A stretch of 64,000 bases of DNA from Bispira polyomma (taxonomy: Eukaryota). Both the position numbers and the translations under genes were made by a program. The notes beneath the pieces are model-generated. The model was not told the DNA's origin and did no database searches. It was given only the letters and a program-made list of their open reading frames with translations. The stretch lies in the NCBI GenBank assembly GCA_965649765.1, contig OZ287751.1, forward strand, positions 101,990,001-102,054,000, written 5' to 3'. Shown here piece by piece: positions 27,801 through 40,379 of this stretch (position 1 is its first letter; the number at the start of each line of letters is the position of its first letter).

Positions 27801-30800
27801 TAATTACTGGAACACGCCATTGGGAAATAAAAAAAAAGACTATTTTTATGATCCATAAATCACTGGCCTAATCACACGGCTGATATCATTACGACACCCA
27901 AGCCTGGGTTTTTCCGTCCAGTTGGATGTTAAATAGGTCCTGTCATGGTTTAAATACTTTGTTGTTAAGACACTCAGTATAGATTTCTCTATATAAAAAG
28001 GGGTGACACATAAGTCCATGCCTTAATGTCTTGTCCTAATGCCCATTACTGACACATGTGTGTGTGATGTGTGTACATACCGTGGTACATGGTAGTTCAG
28101 TGAATTCTTTACAAGGTAGGTTTTTATCAGTCTGTTATTGTTTTCACTCTAAAAAGGGCTTGGCCATGTTAGAAAGCACTGCCATGCTGGAAATAATATG
28201 TAAGGCCTTAATGGATTGGTTGAATGCAATCTTTTTTTAAGAGCTAACTCTTGTTTTTCAATTTGGCACTTTATGTTCAAGGTTGATGTATATTCTGCAG
28301 TGACTATAGTCCTGGCGTAGTGATATGATGGGGGGGAGTGTTTATGCTCTGTTAAATGAAGGGGCTTCCTATCCTCCCCCCTCAGCCTCTAAAAATCTAC
28401 ACCAACCATTGCCAGCCATATGTGGGTTCTGATCACATAATGATATATAATTTAGCTGTGGGGTGGAATTATCTGGGTAAAAGCATTTAATTACTGAGAA
28501 ATCTATACCCCCTGCTATAAAAGGGCCCTTTCTGTGTGTAGTGAAAATAACTTTCCCCTTTTCAAATGTGATCTTTTTATGTGTAAAACCCATTTTGTAT
28601 ATGAACAGTCATACAGCTAGCTACACATCTTGTGTATGTTACTGTATTAGTTGACATTTTAGATGAAAATTTAATTTGACTATTTTTTTTTTTTAATTTT
28701 CAAAACTGGCCAATTTTTGCAGGTAAAAGAGAAATATAAATTTTTACTGGGGATTTAAGTTTCAATATCAATATTTATTAACTAAAATAGCTTCTAAGAC
28801 TTCTAGCTTGGAGAGTATATGATCTATCTGTATGTGNNNNNNNNNNNNNNNNNNNNNNNNNNNNNNNNNNNNNNNNNNNNNNNNNNNNNNNNNNNNNNNN
28901 NNNNNNNNNNNNNNNNNNNNNNNNNNNNNNNNNNNNNNNNNNNNNNNNNNNNNNNNNNNNNNNNNNNNNNNNNNNNNNNNNNNNNNNNNNNNATGACGTC
29001 ACAAGGTGGTAAGTAACAAAGTAAAAAGACATTGATACCTATAAAGTAAACAAATACATATTTTTTCTTGTTAAAGCTACTGTTTATTTGAAAGTGTCTG
29101 AATATTTTCTAAACCTGGTCACTNNNNNNNNNNNNNNNNNNNNNNNNNNNNNNNNNNNNNNNNNNNNNNNNNNNNNNNNNNNNNNNNNNNNNNNNNNNNN
29201 NNNNNNNNNNNNNNNNNNNNNNNNNNNNNNNNNNNNNNNNNNNNNNNNNNNNNNNNNNNNNNNNNAGTTAGGTTGGTCACCAAATGTTTTTTTTTGGGGG
29301 GGCGTCAATGGGGGGACAAAGTTTTCACCACTTAGTAGCCTCAGGTGGTCCTTTAAAACACAAGAACTATTTTACAAATGTTGGCAGATGACATGGGTAG
29401 TTAACATAGAAAAGATGTACACAGTTCTGATGTGGCTCACTCACTGAGGTCTACGATCATTGACTTTTTTAGATTCACTAAAAAGGTGGACATTTTAGCC
29501 AAGTATAAAATGTCCCTGTTTTGTTATTCGTTCATTCGTTTAGTTTTCTGGAATCCATTTCACTATTGCCTAATTTTTTATTTTAAATATCAAGTACAGG
29601 TTTAAATTGTGACTGAGAATTCATTTGATTATCCAGAACCATTAGCTAAAAAAGGTAGAATTCATTTCTAGTGGAAAGTTCCAGTTCTACAGTGCAATAC
29701 ACAAAACAAATTCCCACGTCATCTCAAGACCACATAGTGTGAGTGTGGTGTGGATTCTGACACATTATCGTCTTACTGTGAAGTGGCTTTGTGTACGTCA
29801 GGCTAAATACACGTTAACTTTGCTTGACCAGTCACATTATTACACAACAGACATATCAAGTAGTACTGCTTTTTAACATGCAAAGTGTATGCTGTCAAAA
29901 GCCCCATTGACATATCACAACTATTCTATTTAGGGTAATCTCGTCAGCTTTGTGTCAACTTTAATATGTGTCACTGTTGAACATTCTCAATAATCATTGC
30001 AGTGCTTTTTTTTACACTTTCAAGCTACTATTTGTGTACTCAGTAAAATAATGAAAACAGCTTAAATGACCAGTGCACTTTTTTTTACACAAACAGAGAT
30101 GAAGTAATGCAAACTAGGGTTAAGATATCTGAGTTTTGGACATTTAGACAGTTTTCTCTTAACATTGACTTTACAATACCCTGTAACATTAAGTAAACGC
30201 TCCACTTGACATTGACTTTACAATACCCTGTAACATTAAATAAACCCTCCACTTGACATTGACTTTACTATGCCCTGTTACATTAAGTAAACCCTCCACT
30301 TGACATTGACTTTACAATACCCTGTAACCTCAAATAAACCCTCCACTTGACATTGACTTTACAATACCCTGTAACATTAAGTAAACCCTCCACTTGACAT
30401 TGACTTTACTATACCCTGTAACCTTAAATAAACCCTCCACTTGACATTGACTTTACTATGCCCTGTTACATTAAGTAAACCCTCCACTTGACATTCACAA
30501 CCCACGTCATAAATCCTCTAAACTCTTCCAACCCAGATCTCAACTAAAAGTCCCGACATTTTTTGTGTCTACAATATCCTCCCTTTACTCCAGTTCTGAT
30601 TTGGTAAGTAATATTCATATAGAATATTATTCATTGATATTAGTCAATGTTTCACTTTTGTTTATTTGGCATCCCACACATACATTTTAAAGTACGGCAT
30701 TTTTAATCTAAAATCTATGCTGTCAAAAGCCTATTTGACACATCACAAAACTGTTGTTTCATTGTAACATCTCAACATATTATTCATTTAGGGTATTTTG

Positions 30801-33800
30801 TTTGCAGCCCAAGTAACCAGTAATAAGTAAGCCAGTACTCCATAATCCTACCCCTTAAAAAACATTAAAGACATAGCTTTACTCCTAACCTTGGCCTCAT
30901 TAGTCCTCAATAACCTAGCTCAGTTCTAGTCCTATTTTAGCCCTAACCTTCACTAGCCCTAACATTGCAATAGCTATAACTCTTTCTAAATCTTAACACC
31001 TCATAAGACCTTCAAAAAAATGGAATGATCTAAGAGATGTTTATACTACAGAGCATTGAAGTCACATCGTTGGGTTTACACCTCAGAAAACATTCTTAGG
31101 TATAAAAACCCTGGTAATATAGTAAGAAATCTGTGTGAATTCTCTGTTTTAGGTAGAAATATATGTATATATCTGGGTTAAAACACCATTTCATTGTTAT
31201 AAGACCAGACATTTAGCCATTTATCATCAGCTGTCCCCTAAAGACAGTAAATCACTCTTTACAAATATTGGCAAGGCCGTGCATTTCACTGAAAGACAAA
31301 AGCGGGTAAAACATTTAGATAATCACAAGGCTTCGTTCTGTTAATTGACTGCGTAGAAAACAAATGGATATTACAGGGGTGATTATATTAATATTATGTA
31401 TTTTAAACGTACTATATTGATGGGCAACAACAAAACCAGGTAACCAATCGAGTAGACTATAAACAAATAGCCAGATCATAAGTAAGGATGTGAAGTTTAT
31501 TTCGCAAATACCAGCTCAGGTATCGTACAAGCCATAGATTTAATATAAGGTTACAATACCTGGATACCAGTTTAACTAAGTTTAACTAACAGTTATTTGT
31601 TGTGAATATGTTCACAGCAGACATGATTTTTGCTTTACATCAAGTCTCTCTGACATAACTAGACAAGTAGCCAAAATAGACCAGTATTGCGTGTTGTAGA
31701 CCAATTCTCTGTTTGGCAAGTTCTTTAACAAGTGTGGTCAAAATCTGACCAGGTCATTACCTATCAATTTGTCCAACACATTTGGTCACTTACTGTTGTA
31801 TATACATATATACACATGTTAGAGGACAGCAGTCAGATGTGTGACGTAAACAGTAACCCCTTGTAGTCTGTGTTAACCTCGAGTTGGTAGTTCTACTAAG
31901 GTTCTGTGATAGTGAGGTAGAGTTGATTACTTTTATGTGACTCACAACACTAGTGATCTTTGGCTTTTAGAACAGCCTTCCAAAACCAATCCTCCATTCA
32001 CCTGTATCAACAATTGGCCCAATTCCCCTACCTCACCCATATCTACGATTGTTCCTGACAATCACACATACGTACCTATATCTACAATTGGTCCAAATAC
32101 AGAATCGTCGTCCACCGTCGTACAGTTCCATCTCCGGTTCCTAAACTGCCACTGACACTCACGGATGCCGAGCTGTGCCCCGCGACTTACTGCCGTCATG
32201 TGGTCTTGGTACATGGTACAGAACTTCATCTGTCCCGGGGAGAGTCCGTGGAGGCGAGTACAGACGGGCTGAGCTCCCACCATGTAGATCTGAGGGTTCT
32301 TAATGACGTCAACACCCTGCACTCCCAGGCTCCTGGAAAGAGAGGTCAGTGGATACAGATATATTATCAGAAAAATTCAAGTGTGGATAATAGAGGTTCT
32401 TGATGACGTCAATACCCTGCACTCCCCGGCTCCTGCAAAGAGAGGTCACTGAGTACAGAATATATAGTCAAGAAAATAGACCTCCAGTAATACAGGTTGC
32501 TGTAGGTTCTACTATTGGTTTAAAACATCCACCGATATCTGTGTACAAACCTTCACATATGAGGTAAAGCTTGGCACTCAATGTAAACAATATTATTTGA
32601 TTAACATTATTAGTTAAACCAGTAGTGTCAATGTAAAGTTAACACAAGCAATGCTTATTAAAATAAACCCCAAAGACTGTTATACTTCTGGTGTTCTTGT
32701 GTTGCTAGGTTATACTATGTATAAACTTTACGTTTAGGGTTTTGGTTCACACCTAAGTTGGATTTTAGTAATTGCTTTTGGGACAACCTGCTCGTGCATT
32801 TCTATAATTTAAAATATCGCTTTGGCATAGGTACTTCACTCACACAACTTATATTTTATACTATTAAGAGTTTTATTTCTACTTTAAAAAAGACATAGGC
32901 GCAGAGTGTGAAATACACTAACGTTGTTGTGGCCACTTTATACTCAGGCCCCAGACCGCGCCTCATAAAAATAAATCTGACACCCCTCAATTTGGCATAG
33001 TCGTTCCTACCAACCAATCCATGAAGGCCTTACACATTTTTGTAAGATGACGCACCCTTTCAGAATGAAAACAATATTAGACTTTGCCTGATAAAAAGCA
33101 AGGGGAGTTCAAAATTAAGAGGTCTTTCTGTTTTCACTCGCCTAGTGTATGGGTTACACAAAATATATAGTAACCAGAAATAATAGAAATAAAGCCCATG
33201 TATATTCATATATTTAGTGTAATGCCACTCTGCTTTCTTGTTGTATGTAAAAATGTATGCATTCAAAACTACTTGCCTAACTGGTACATCACTTACTAGT
33301 TCTCGCTTGTGTTAATCTTGCAGATGACTTAAGAGGGTAAAACGTGGATATGATATTGTAATGGCCAGTTTATGGGTAGACTTTGTCTTTATGTGGCAGG
33401 TTCGTAGGAAGTTCTAAATTGTCTGATTCTCTTGGTCTAATACCAAAGAAATACAAAATAACCTCTGAACAAAAGAGAAAAGAACTCATCAAGACGAATC
33501 AGCTATATAACGTTTAACAATTAAGTAATATAAATGTGGAATATGTTTCATGTGGTATATATTAACAGTGTGGTGTTATTTTTCTGTTATAACACTTGTT
33601 TTGTGTCACGTTGTTTACTTATGTTTGTCCAGACTTGTCATAGTACATGTCGATATGGCTGTTGTTGACAATCGTATACGAGCAGTTGTACTGTATGAGT
33701 ATTATGATAACTGGAGATTTCAACTCCCTTCTCCAAGGGACCCTACCCTTATTGTTAGGCACACATAAACATACAGTCCTTCTTCCTCTTTTGTCACTGA

Positions 33801-36800
33801 ATTCTCCTGTCTGATCAAGATAGCTTGTTGGTGACATTTTTGTGACACATTCCAGCCAGTTCAAGTGTGGCTGTGGTTACTTTGATCCCACTTAATCCAC
33901 GTATCCACAAAGACATTCCCCCAAGGATTAAAACATGACTTGCTCATCCAGACATGTACTTATATTTATTAATAAACTCATAGAAAGGTTAGAATTTTTC
34001 CTGACTTGTTCCAGTAAATAAGTCATTAATAGAAGATTGTTGACTTTAACAAAGCGTATGAAGCTCATTACACTCACACAAACACAACTGCACACCTTTT
34101 GCCTTTAGCAATTATTTCCCTTTCATATTCACCACTGTGTCTTTCTAAATATCTACAAAATTCCTTGAAGATTATTTAAGAGCATTTGACACTATGGGTT
34201 TGAACTAGAGCAATCGTCCAAGAGACATGAGGGGTCTTTGAAGTATCTTCTGAGGCCTTGCTAAAGTCAATAAAACTCGGGAATCTATTGCCTACTGTAG
34301 CATTTTTTTTTAGATTTTTTTTTTTTGAACTGGTAATGTTTCTAATTCTAAGTACATTTTCTAGGTGTATTTTCTGCCATAAAATAATATTATTCTTCAT
34401 TTTAGTGATAAATGATACATTTAGCGTTAGTTATTTTATCTTTCATGATAATTATGTTCATATATTTATTGATGTACTTAGATCTTATTTTATACAAAGA
34501 AAGGTTTGATATAAATCTGTTAGTATTAGCAGTTCTTTTTTAAATGTTTCAACCACTTTTATAATGTGCCTAACTCTGCAGTGAGATCAAATTGGAAGTG
34601 TTGCAATTATTTTATATTTTAATGTACTCTGTGTCTTCCTGAAACATTGATGCGTATTCAAATTTAGAATGTATTTTGGTAAAATAACAAGGGTTGTCCT
34701 GAAGGATACCCCCCCCCCCCCTCTCTAGAGCATAATCAAAGATAGTACACCCCAGCAGAACCAGGGCAATCCGTCCCCAGCCCAATCTCAGTGCTTGCAC
34801 CCACACAAAGCCACTTTCAACTCACCGTGTTTTAATCGAGTTTTGTGCTCCTTTAAACATCAAACGACTTAAAGGCACAAGGTAGTATAACTTAAGCCTG
34901 GATTATTCTGATGGTGTTGTTTTTTTTTTTCTGTTTTTTTTTTTTTTTTGTATTTAATATTTCTGCGATCATTTAATGTAACTTTAATAAGTAGAGATGC
35001 ATGCTTCTCTAATTGTGAGGAAAGAATTGGCTGAGATTTATATCTTGCTTTGTGCCAATATAAATGAGAATTTTATTACTAAGTTAAATTTAAGCTGTTT
35101 ACGGTAATAGGATAAGTATGGTTGTTTTGAAGACCATTTTGTAACCAGATACTTCCCTTAAAACAGAGCCCCCATCTATTTCTGGAGCTAGCGGGGAGGC
35201 ATCATACGGAAGGGGAAATCTCCGTCCATTTTCCAACTGACTACACCGCACTGATTAAGGTCCACAGCTAACTTTGAAGTGTTAAGCCCCCTGCCTGTAT
35301 TCTCCGCCACTTTGTGGTTACATTAAACAGAGAAATAGAAATTCTCAAATATTTGACACCTGCCCTTCACCCACTTTATCCCCCCCCCCTCCTCAGGCAA
35401 ACACAGACAATCTATGTGGGATGTTGAACTAGAACGGGGAATTTTAGCTTGAGCAGACGACAATTATCATAACAGTAGCATTTACTTTGGTTTTGTAGTT
35501 TAATTGATTTCTCTATTTATATCTTGTTAAATATGAATTGAGCCACTAGATACAGGGTCAGTATTGGTATTCTTATACAGATTTTGGCCATACTCACTGA
35601 ACTGTATGGGACTATTTGAAAATGCAGACCCCCCCCCTTATTATTACCCCCCCCCCCCACCTGCCTCCTCAGAATTACTTGAGTTCATTAGTTTCTCAGT
35701 GTCAAGCCCCCCCCCCCCCCCCCCCATGTCAACTCACTCAAGTAGCAGGTTATTAGAAGCACATCTGGGGCTATATACACGTTGTTAATTACTACAAGGG
35801 CTATACACACGCTGGGGGTAGTTATGGAATGTTGACTCAGTGAATAACCCACTTGTACTTAATAAAACCTGTTCCTACCAACCACCACCTCCCAAACCAT
35901 AATTTCCTTGTCTATGACAAGTATTTGGTACAAGCTGATAAAATATATTTGATGTAAATTAAATCTCCTGCTGAAGACAGAGGTTTGAGGATGACACCAT
36001 TTATGAAGGTCCCAAGGTTATTTAGCCTGTCGTATATGAGCCACTGACAGAGGACACAAGCATTTCATTTGAAGTGGTCATCTGAGCACCTGTGTATTTA
36101 CATTGACCTGTACCTATTTACAGAGGCAGGAATTGAGGCCAGGTCCCGTACATTGCTAACCAAGTATGTATTACCTACAGAGTGTGGGATTGAGGTCAGG
36201 TCCCCTACTAACAGAGTGTGTATTATCTACAGAGGGTGGGATTGAGGTCAGGTCTCCTACTAACTAAGAGTGTATTACCTACAGAGGGTGGGATTGAGGC
36301 CAGGTCCTCTACTAACAGAGAGTGTATTACCTACAGAGGGTGGGATTGAGACCAGCACCTCTACTAACAGAGTATTACCTATTGACTATAAATATGTGTA
36401 CTACTTCCCCCAGTTGTGTGAACCAATTGGGATTCGAATCCTTGTCCTAAGAGGTGAGAAGCTAGCCATTGTGAAGAACTTGTGGGTGTGGGTTATTAGT
36501 CTTGTAAATCCTAATAATATTAAAAATACTAACATATACATGTGTATACATAAATGCCCAAACTTAGAAGCTATATCATTTAATTCATTGGTTCCAATTA
36601 ATCTATTAGTTTCATTCCCCTTTCTCGGCTGATCTTGGACTGTACTGTATGTGTGCAGTTGTGAAGGGTTTGAATACTGATCCTCCCAGACCATTTTTAA
36701 CAGCCATATGAAGTCACATGACGTCCCAGACGCAAAAAGTAGGCTAGTAGGTCATATTTATGTGGTAATTACTAATACTCTGTTTATGATTTTTGTTTGT

Positions 36801-39660
36801 ATGCATATAAATACTTAAGCCATTTGCTTAAAAATCTACCAAAGGAAATATTTGCCCATTGAACCAGAATACTACATAAAAATTCTGTACACAGTATAAA
36901 CAAACTCTCCTTACAAGTTACTTGTGACTTTTAAATCTCTCATTGGCGGGCAGACGACATTTGCAATGGTGTGATTCACATCCACTTCCTGCCCCCCCCC
37001 CCCCCCACTGACCACGTGTCCCCTCCCCTCCCCCACCACGAATTACAAATAAAACCCGCCCACACACAAAAAAAAAAAAATAACTAAATAAACTTCACAC
37101 ACAGTTGTAAACTTTTTGTCAGAGTTCATCTTCACAGAAGTAAACTTCCAATAAGCTTAAAGAATAGGGAGTATTGTACAAGTTGTAACTGACTCCTCAA
37201 CAGTAAATAAATCAAAGACTAATACCCACCTACACACACCAGTATAGTGAATTACAGACTGACTTACTAGTGGAATAGTTTGTTAACTCTAGTGTAAGCT
37301 AAATGAGTATATTAACGGCCAGTTAGAACCTAGGGTTCTCTATCTAATGTTTGTTTTCTGCTTTTTAAAAATGGTTAAATCATTTTTTGTCTATTGAATA
37401 ATATTTTTTACATTTACATTGAAATTTTTGTGTATTATTTATTTATTTATTTAATATTTTTTTGTTTGGGTGTGGGGGAAGGGCTTTGTAAAAATGAGGA
37501 AGCACATTTTTGGTATTTGGTAAGATCAGTGATTTTGTACCTTTCGGTTTGAGGTAAGACAGTGTACCAATATACACATTATGAGTGGTGTGTGTCTAAA
37601 GTTTATAGTGAAAGGTCTTAATAATCACAGTCAATCATCTGCTGCCTCCTACATTAACTCTTACACCCCCTCCCCAGTAACCCCCCCCCCCCTTACTACA
37701 TAGAATCAGCTCAGTGTTATTGTTGTAAACACTAACATTGGTACTTCTTTTCCCAGTAGGTTGAAATCACTGTAGACTGATAGGGTTAGAACTACTAATA
37801 AGTCTTATATAAACACCCAGATATTAGAACTCTTCGGGTGGGAGAAACTGCCATATCAAACATGATCTAATGACTCTCCCCTCCTACAAGTCTCCACGCC
37901 TAAGACTATTACATGTTACATGTATACACACGTGGCGTGGAAGGTTTTTGCTGGTCTTGTTGGTAATATCTGTTATCAGTGATGAAAAGTAATAATTTGT
38001 TTTGATAACCCCAAGTAAGAAATAGTTCTGCACTTTAGGAAAGGTACTTTGATAGCCGGCCAGGGGTCGTTGTTTTGGTACAGCTACCCCCCCCCCCTCC
38101 CCCCTCTAGGGGTGATTGGAAATATGCCTTCAATGCATAAACCTGTTTTTTTCTTCTAAAAAAGTCTTAATCACCAAAATAATATCCCTGATTAACTGTA
38201 GCACCCAGTCCATTTGATGGGTTTAATATTTGTGTATTATGCTACAGGTAATCCCATAATTTCAGAGAACACTTTAGAAGGCACCTATTAAACCAGTTTG
38301 GTACAGAACTAAAAGGAACATTTGATGTAAACTGATTCTGAAACAAATTACTCTGCCATGTTATGATTGCATTTTGTCGGTATATAAGTTTCTATAGTTA
38401 CAAAAGGTTCTTTCAGAACAGTTTCGTAAAAAGTCATTTAGTTTAAATAATCACACGGCTTTTTGACTGTTATTCGGTGATTTTTCGGTGATAGATTGGG
38501 CCTGATGTGGATTGGGTGACTGCTTAGGGAAGATAATAAAACCTACTCCCTCCTAAGAGAGACCCCCTCCATTCCTTGGAGTGAGGTGATTTGTATTCCC
38601 AGGTAGGGGGTAAGTTATGGGGCTGATAGGTTGGGATTGGAATACATATCTATAACAAGTAGAAACAGGGTCAGGTGACTGGTAATAAAACTGTCTTATA
38701 AGCTAGTGTGTATGGGTCCTAATTGTGTTCTACTCAATGTGTAGTTCCTTACAGTTATTTAAAGTGTGCTTAATGTTAATATTATAACAGAACTAATACA
38801 TTGTGATATTGTCATAGATACATTTGACAACTAGATCAATTGGTAAATCAGTTCCCAACTAGACACTCACGCAATAGAGTGCATACATCTGCAAAGATGT
38901 TACAGTATCTAAAAGTTTAAAAGTAACCAACAATCTCTGCCCTTCTATACCCAGATCTGCTCCATAATTTACTGGACTCCTTCTTGGTCTATGAACCATA
39001 TACCTTTACTAAGTTTCAAGTCAATCTCTTTACAATATATTTTTAAAAACTAACAGACTTTGGGTGAAAGCATCAACTCCTTCTTGCTGGAGTCAATATA
39101 TAATAGATCTTCACTAATTATTATTACAACTAAACTATAATGCATTGGGGTCCATAGTAACACCATTCAAGTACTGATAACAAGCTGAACCAATGGACAC
39201 CAGCAAAAAACATAACCTTCCTAACAAATTGAATTAATAGAACACATATTTTGTGTGAACAACTTTGACCATGTTTCCATGTCGGCAATGGACGACTTGA
39301 ATCAGCCAACAGCAATTGACAATTATTATGTTTTTGGTACCAAGAGCGAAAAAAATTACCTACCATTGCCTGCCACATCTCGGTATTGCTCAAATGGAAA
39401 CAAATACTTATAAATTAATGAAACTGATAAAAAAAACTGGTGTTGGCCGATCGCGTCAGAAAATTCCCTGCATGGAAACATCATAACCAACAAAGAGAAT
39501 GTATATCTTTCTGAGAATTGCATCTCTTGCTGACCATATCAAACAAACAACCCACTCACCACCACATGTCGACACCGGTAGCAAAGTCAACCACCAGACA
39601 CAGGATCAGTACAAAGATCGGGATCCCTCCCGCCGGAGTCCCACACTCGGATCTAGCCAT
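3418..39660 (-). CDS. Wnt5: Wnt5 secreted signalling protein, spliced CDS: join(39560..39660, 32076..32332, 16837..17129, 3418..3879), 370 aa
   Basis: Four exons (101+257+293+462=1113 nt) join in frame with GT-AG introns of phases 2, 1, 0. The protein has an N-terminal hydrophobic signal peptide and Wnt motifs: [53 protein letters not shown] (contains the lipidated Ser), [39 protein letters not shown] and [18 protein letters not shown] match the Wnt5 subfamily as I recall it. Confidence 0.93.
9640..9930 (+). mobile_element. L2/CR1-type LINE 3' end fragment
   Basis: Translates as [10 protein letters not shown]...FRKNLLTYL, a typical ORF2 C-terminus. The tail ttagaagatgcatcacatcaataagg..aatacaatac matches the tail at 50.86-50.9 kb. 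Confidence 0.75.
12868..12943 (+). mobile_element. tRNA-like SINE head interrupted by a MITE
   Basis: A-box TGGCCGAGTGG and B-box GTTCGATCC, with no full cloverleaf. Confidence 0.55.
12944..13086. mobile_element. MITE-like non-autonomous DNA element
   Basis: Perfect 18-bp inverted repeats TATTCACAAAGATTCTTA (12950-12967) and TAAGAATCTTTGTGAATA (13064-13081), with CTG on both sides. The same terminus recurs at about 57988-58014. Confidence 0.75.
13208..13476 (+). repeat. Dispersed repeat, copy A (inverted partner at 27963-28229)
   Basis: About 270 bp that aligns by eye with the reverse complement of 27963-28229. A short piece also occurs near 32975-33035. Confidence 0.9.
14812..14948. repeat. 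14-bp minisatellite (TATGAAYCTGTYMC), about 9 copies
   Basis: Directly visible tandem units. Confidence 0.85.
16837..17129 (-). CDS. Wnt5: Wnt5 coding exon 3 (GSRETSF...NNEAGRK)
   Basis: Acceptor tttcctttttag|GA at 17130/17129 and donor AAG|GTGGGT at 16837/16836. 293 nt, inside ORF 16552..17163. Confidence 0.94.
18735..18933. other. N-run (assembly gap or masked sequence)
   Basis: Run of n characters. Confidence 0.99.
20545..22132. repeat. Compound minisatellite: 42-bp units followed by 28/29-bp derivative units
   Basis: CTGGCCCTGTACAGAGCTTAAATAGAACAGGTTAAACTAAAA (period 42, about 20.55-21.4 kb), then CTGGTCCCTGTACACGGCTTAAACTAACA (period 29, about 21.5-21.97 kb). Confidence 0.95.
24345..24492 (+). 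mobile_element. LINE 3' UTR fragment, same family as 9640-9930
   Basis: Aligns by eye to 9780-9925 (ttagttccc..cttccttacgacc..ctttagaagatgc..aatacaatac). Confidence 0.7.
27963..28229 (-). repeat. Dispersed repeat, copy B (inverted)
   Basis: Reverse complement of 13208-13476. The ORF track shows the same peptide [14 protein letters not shown] on opposite strands. Confidence 0.9.
28837..29265. other. Two N-runs (28837-28992 and 29124-29265)
   Basis: Runs of n characters. Confidence 0.99.
30162..30495. repeat. 47-bp minisatellite, about 7 copies
   Basis: ACATTGACTTTACAATACCCTGTAACATTAAGTAAACCCTCCACTTG in tandem. Confidence 0.95.
32076..32332 (-). CDS. Wnt5: Wnt5 coding exon 2 ([24 protein letters not shown]...FGPIVDIG)
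   Basis: Acceptor ctctctttccag|G at 32333/32332 and donor ATA G|GTACGT at 32076/32075. Overlaps ORF 32062..32322. Confidence 0.93.
36105..36382. repeat. ~51-54-bp degenerate minisatellite, about 5 copies
   Basis: GTATTACCTACAGAGGGTGGGATTGAGG(T/C)CAGGTC..CTACTAACAGAG units. Confidence 0.85.
39560..39660 (-). CDS. Wnt5: Wnt5 coding exon 1 (start codon and signal peptide [34 protein letters not shown])
   Basis: ATG in good context (aggATGG). Hydrophobic stretch [12 protein letters not shown]. Ends TGG TG|GTGAGT, a consensus donor, and the split TG|G Trp codon fits the phase of the next exon to give WWSLG. Not listed in the ORF track because it is short. Confidence 0.85.
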
Positions 39661-40379
39661 CCTCGAATATCACGTGACGGACGCCAGCATCCAAAGGATT
39701 CCCTTTATATATTTGTGTAGGTATATATATGTATGTGTGTCCATATAAACTGAGGAATCACTTAGATGTAGCCACACCTTTATATAATCCTGAAGAACTT
39801 CTTCAAAATAAACTATAAAAAAAAACTCACTAGAATCTTGATGTAGATTTTGTTTTTCTTTCACAGATTCACAACAACAAAACGACACCGTTAAATACAC
39901 TAAGTAAATCCATAGCTCGGCTGTGTATCAATCCAATTAACTAAGTTTTTACATTCACACTCTGAATGTTTTAACCTTTTTTTTTAATTTAAATTCCTGA
40001 CCTTTCCTGTAAAACTATATATCCCAGTGTTTTGCAGTCTATCTCTACTTTCAAATCAAAATCCTGTTTTATTTATAGACAATTTATAGGTTGTCTATCC
40101 TCTATAAATTTCACTACTAAACTACCACCTTATAGTGTCGATTTGATTTCTCCTTCTTAATCATTAAAGTGGTATATATCCCTTCGTAATAAATTCATTC
40201 CTTCTCAAACCACCACCTTTAAAAAATAACACTTTTTTCCCAATGTATACATATATTCCCGCCTGTTTCAAAAATCTCTGATATATCTATCAAGCACTTT
40301 TAATTTCCTTTTAAATACTCTTTTCTAAGTATTATTGTCTTTTACAAAACTGCCACACTAGTTTCACAGATTTTCAGTA

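Noticed and set aside
39130-39393. Alternative first exon or donor at about 39363 (caaTG|GTAGGT)
   Set aside because: The frame needed to join exon 2 has a stop a few codons upstream and no ATG or signal peptide.
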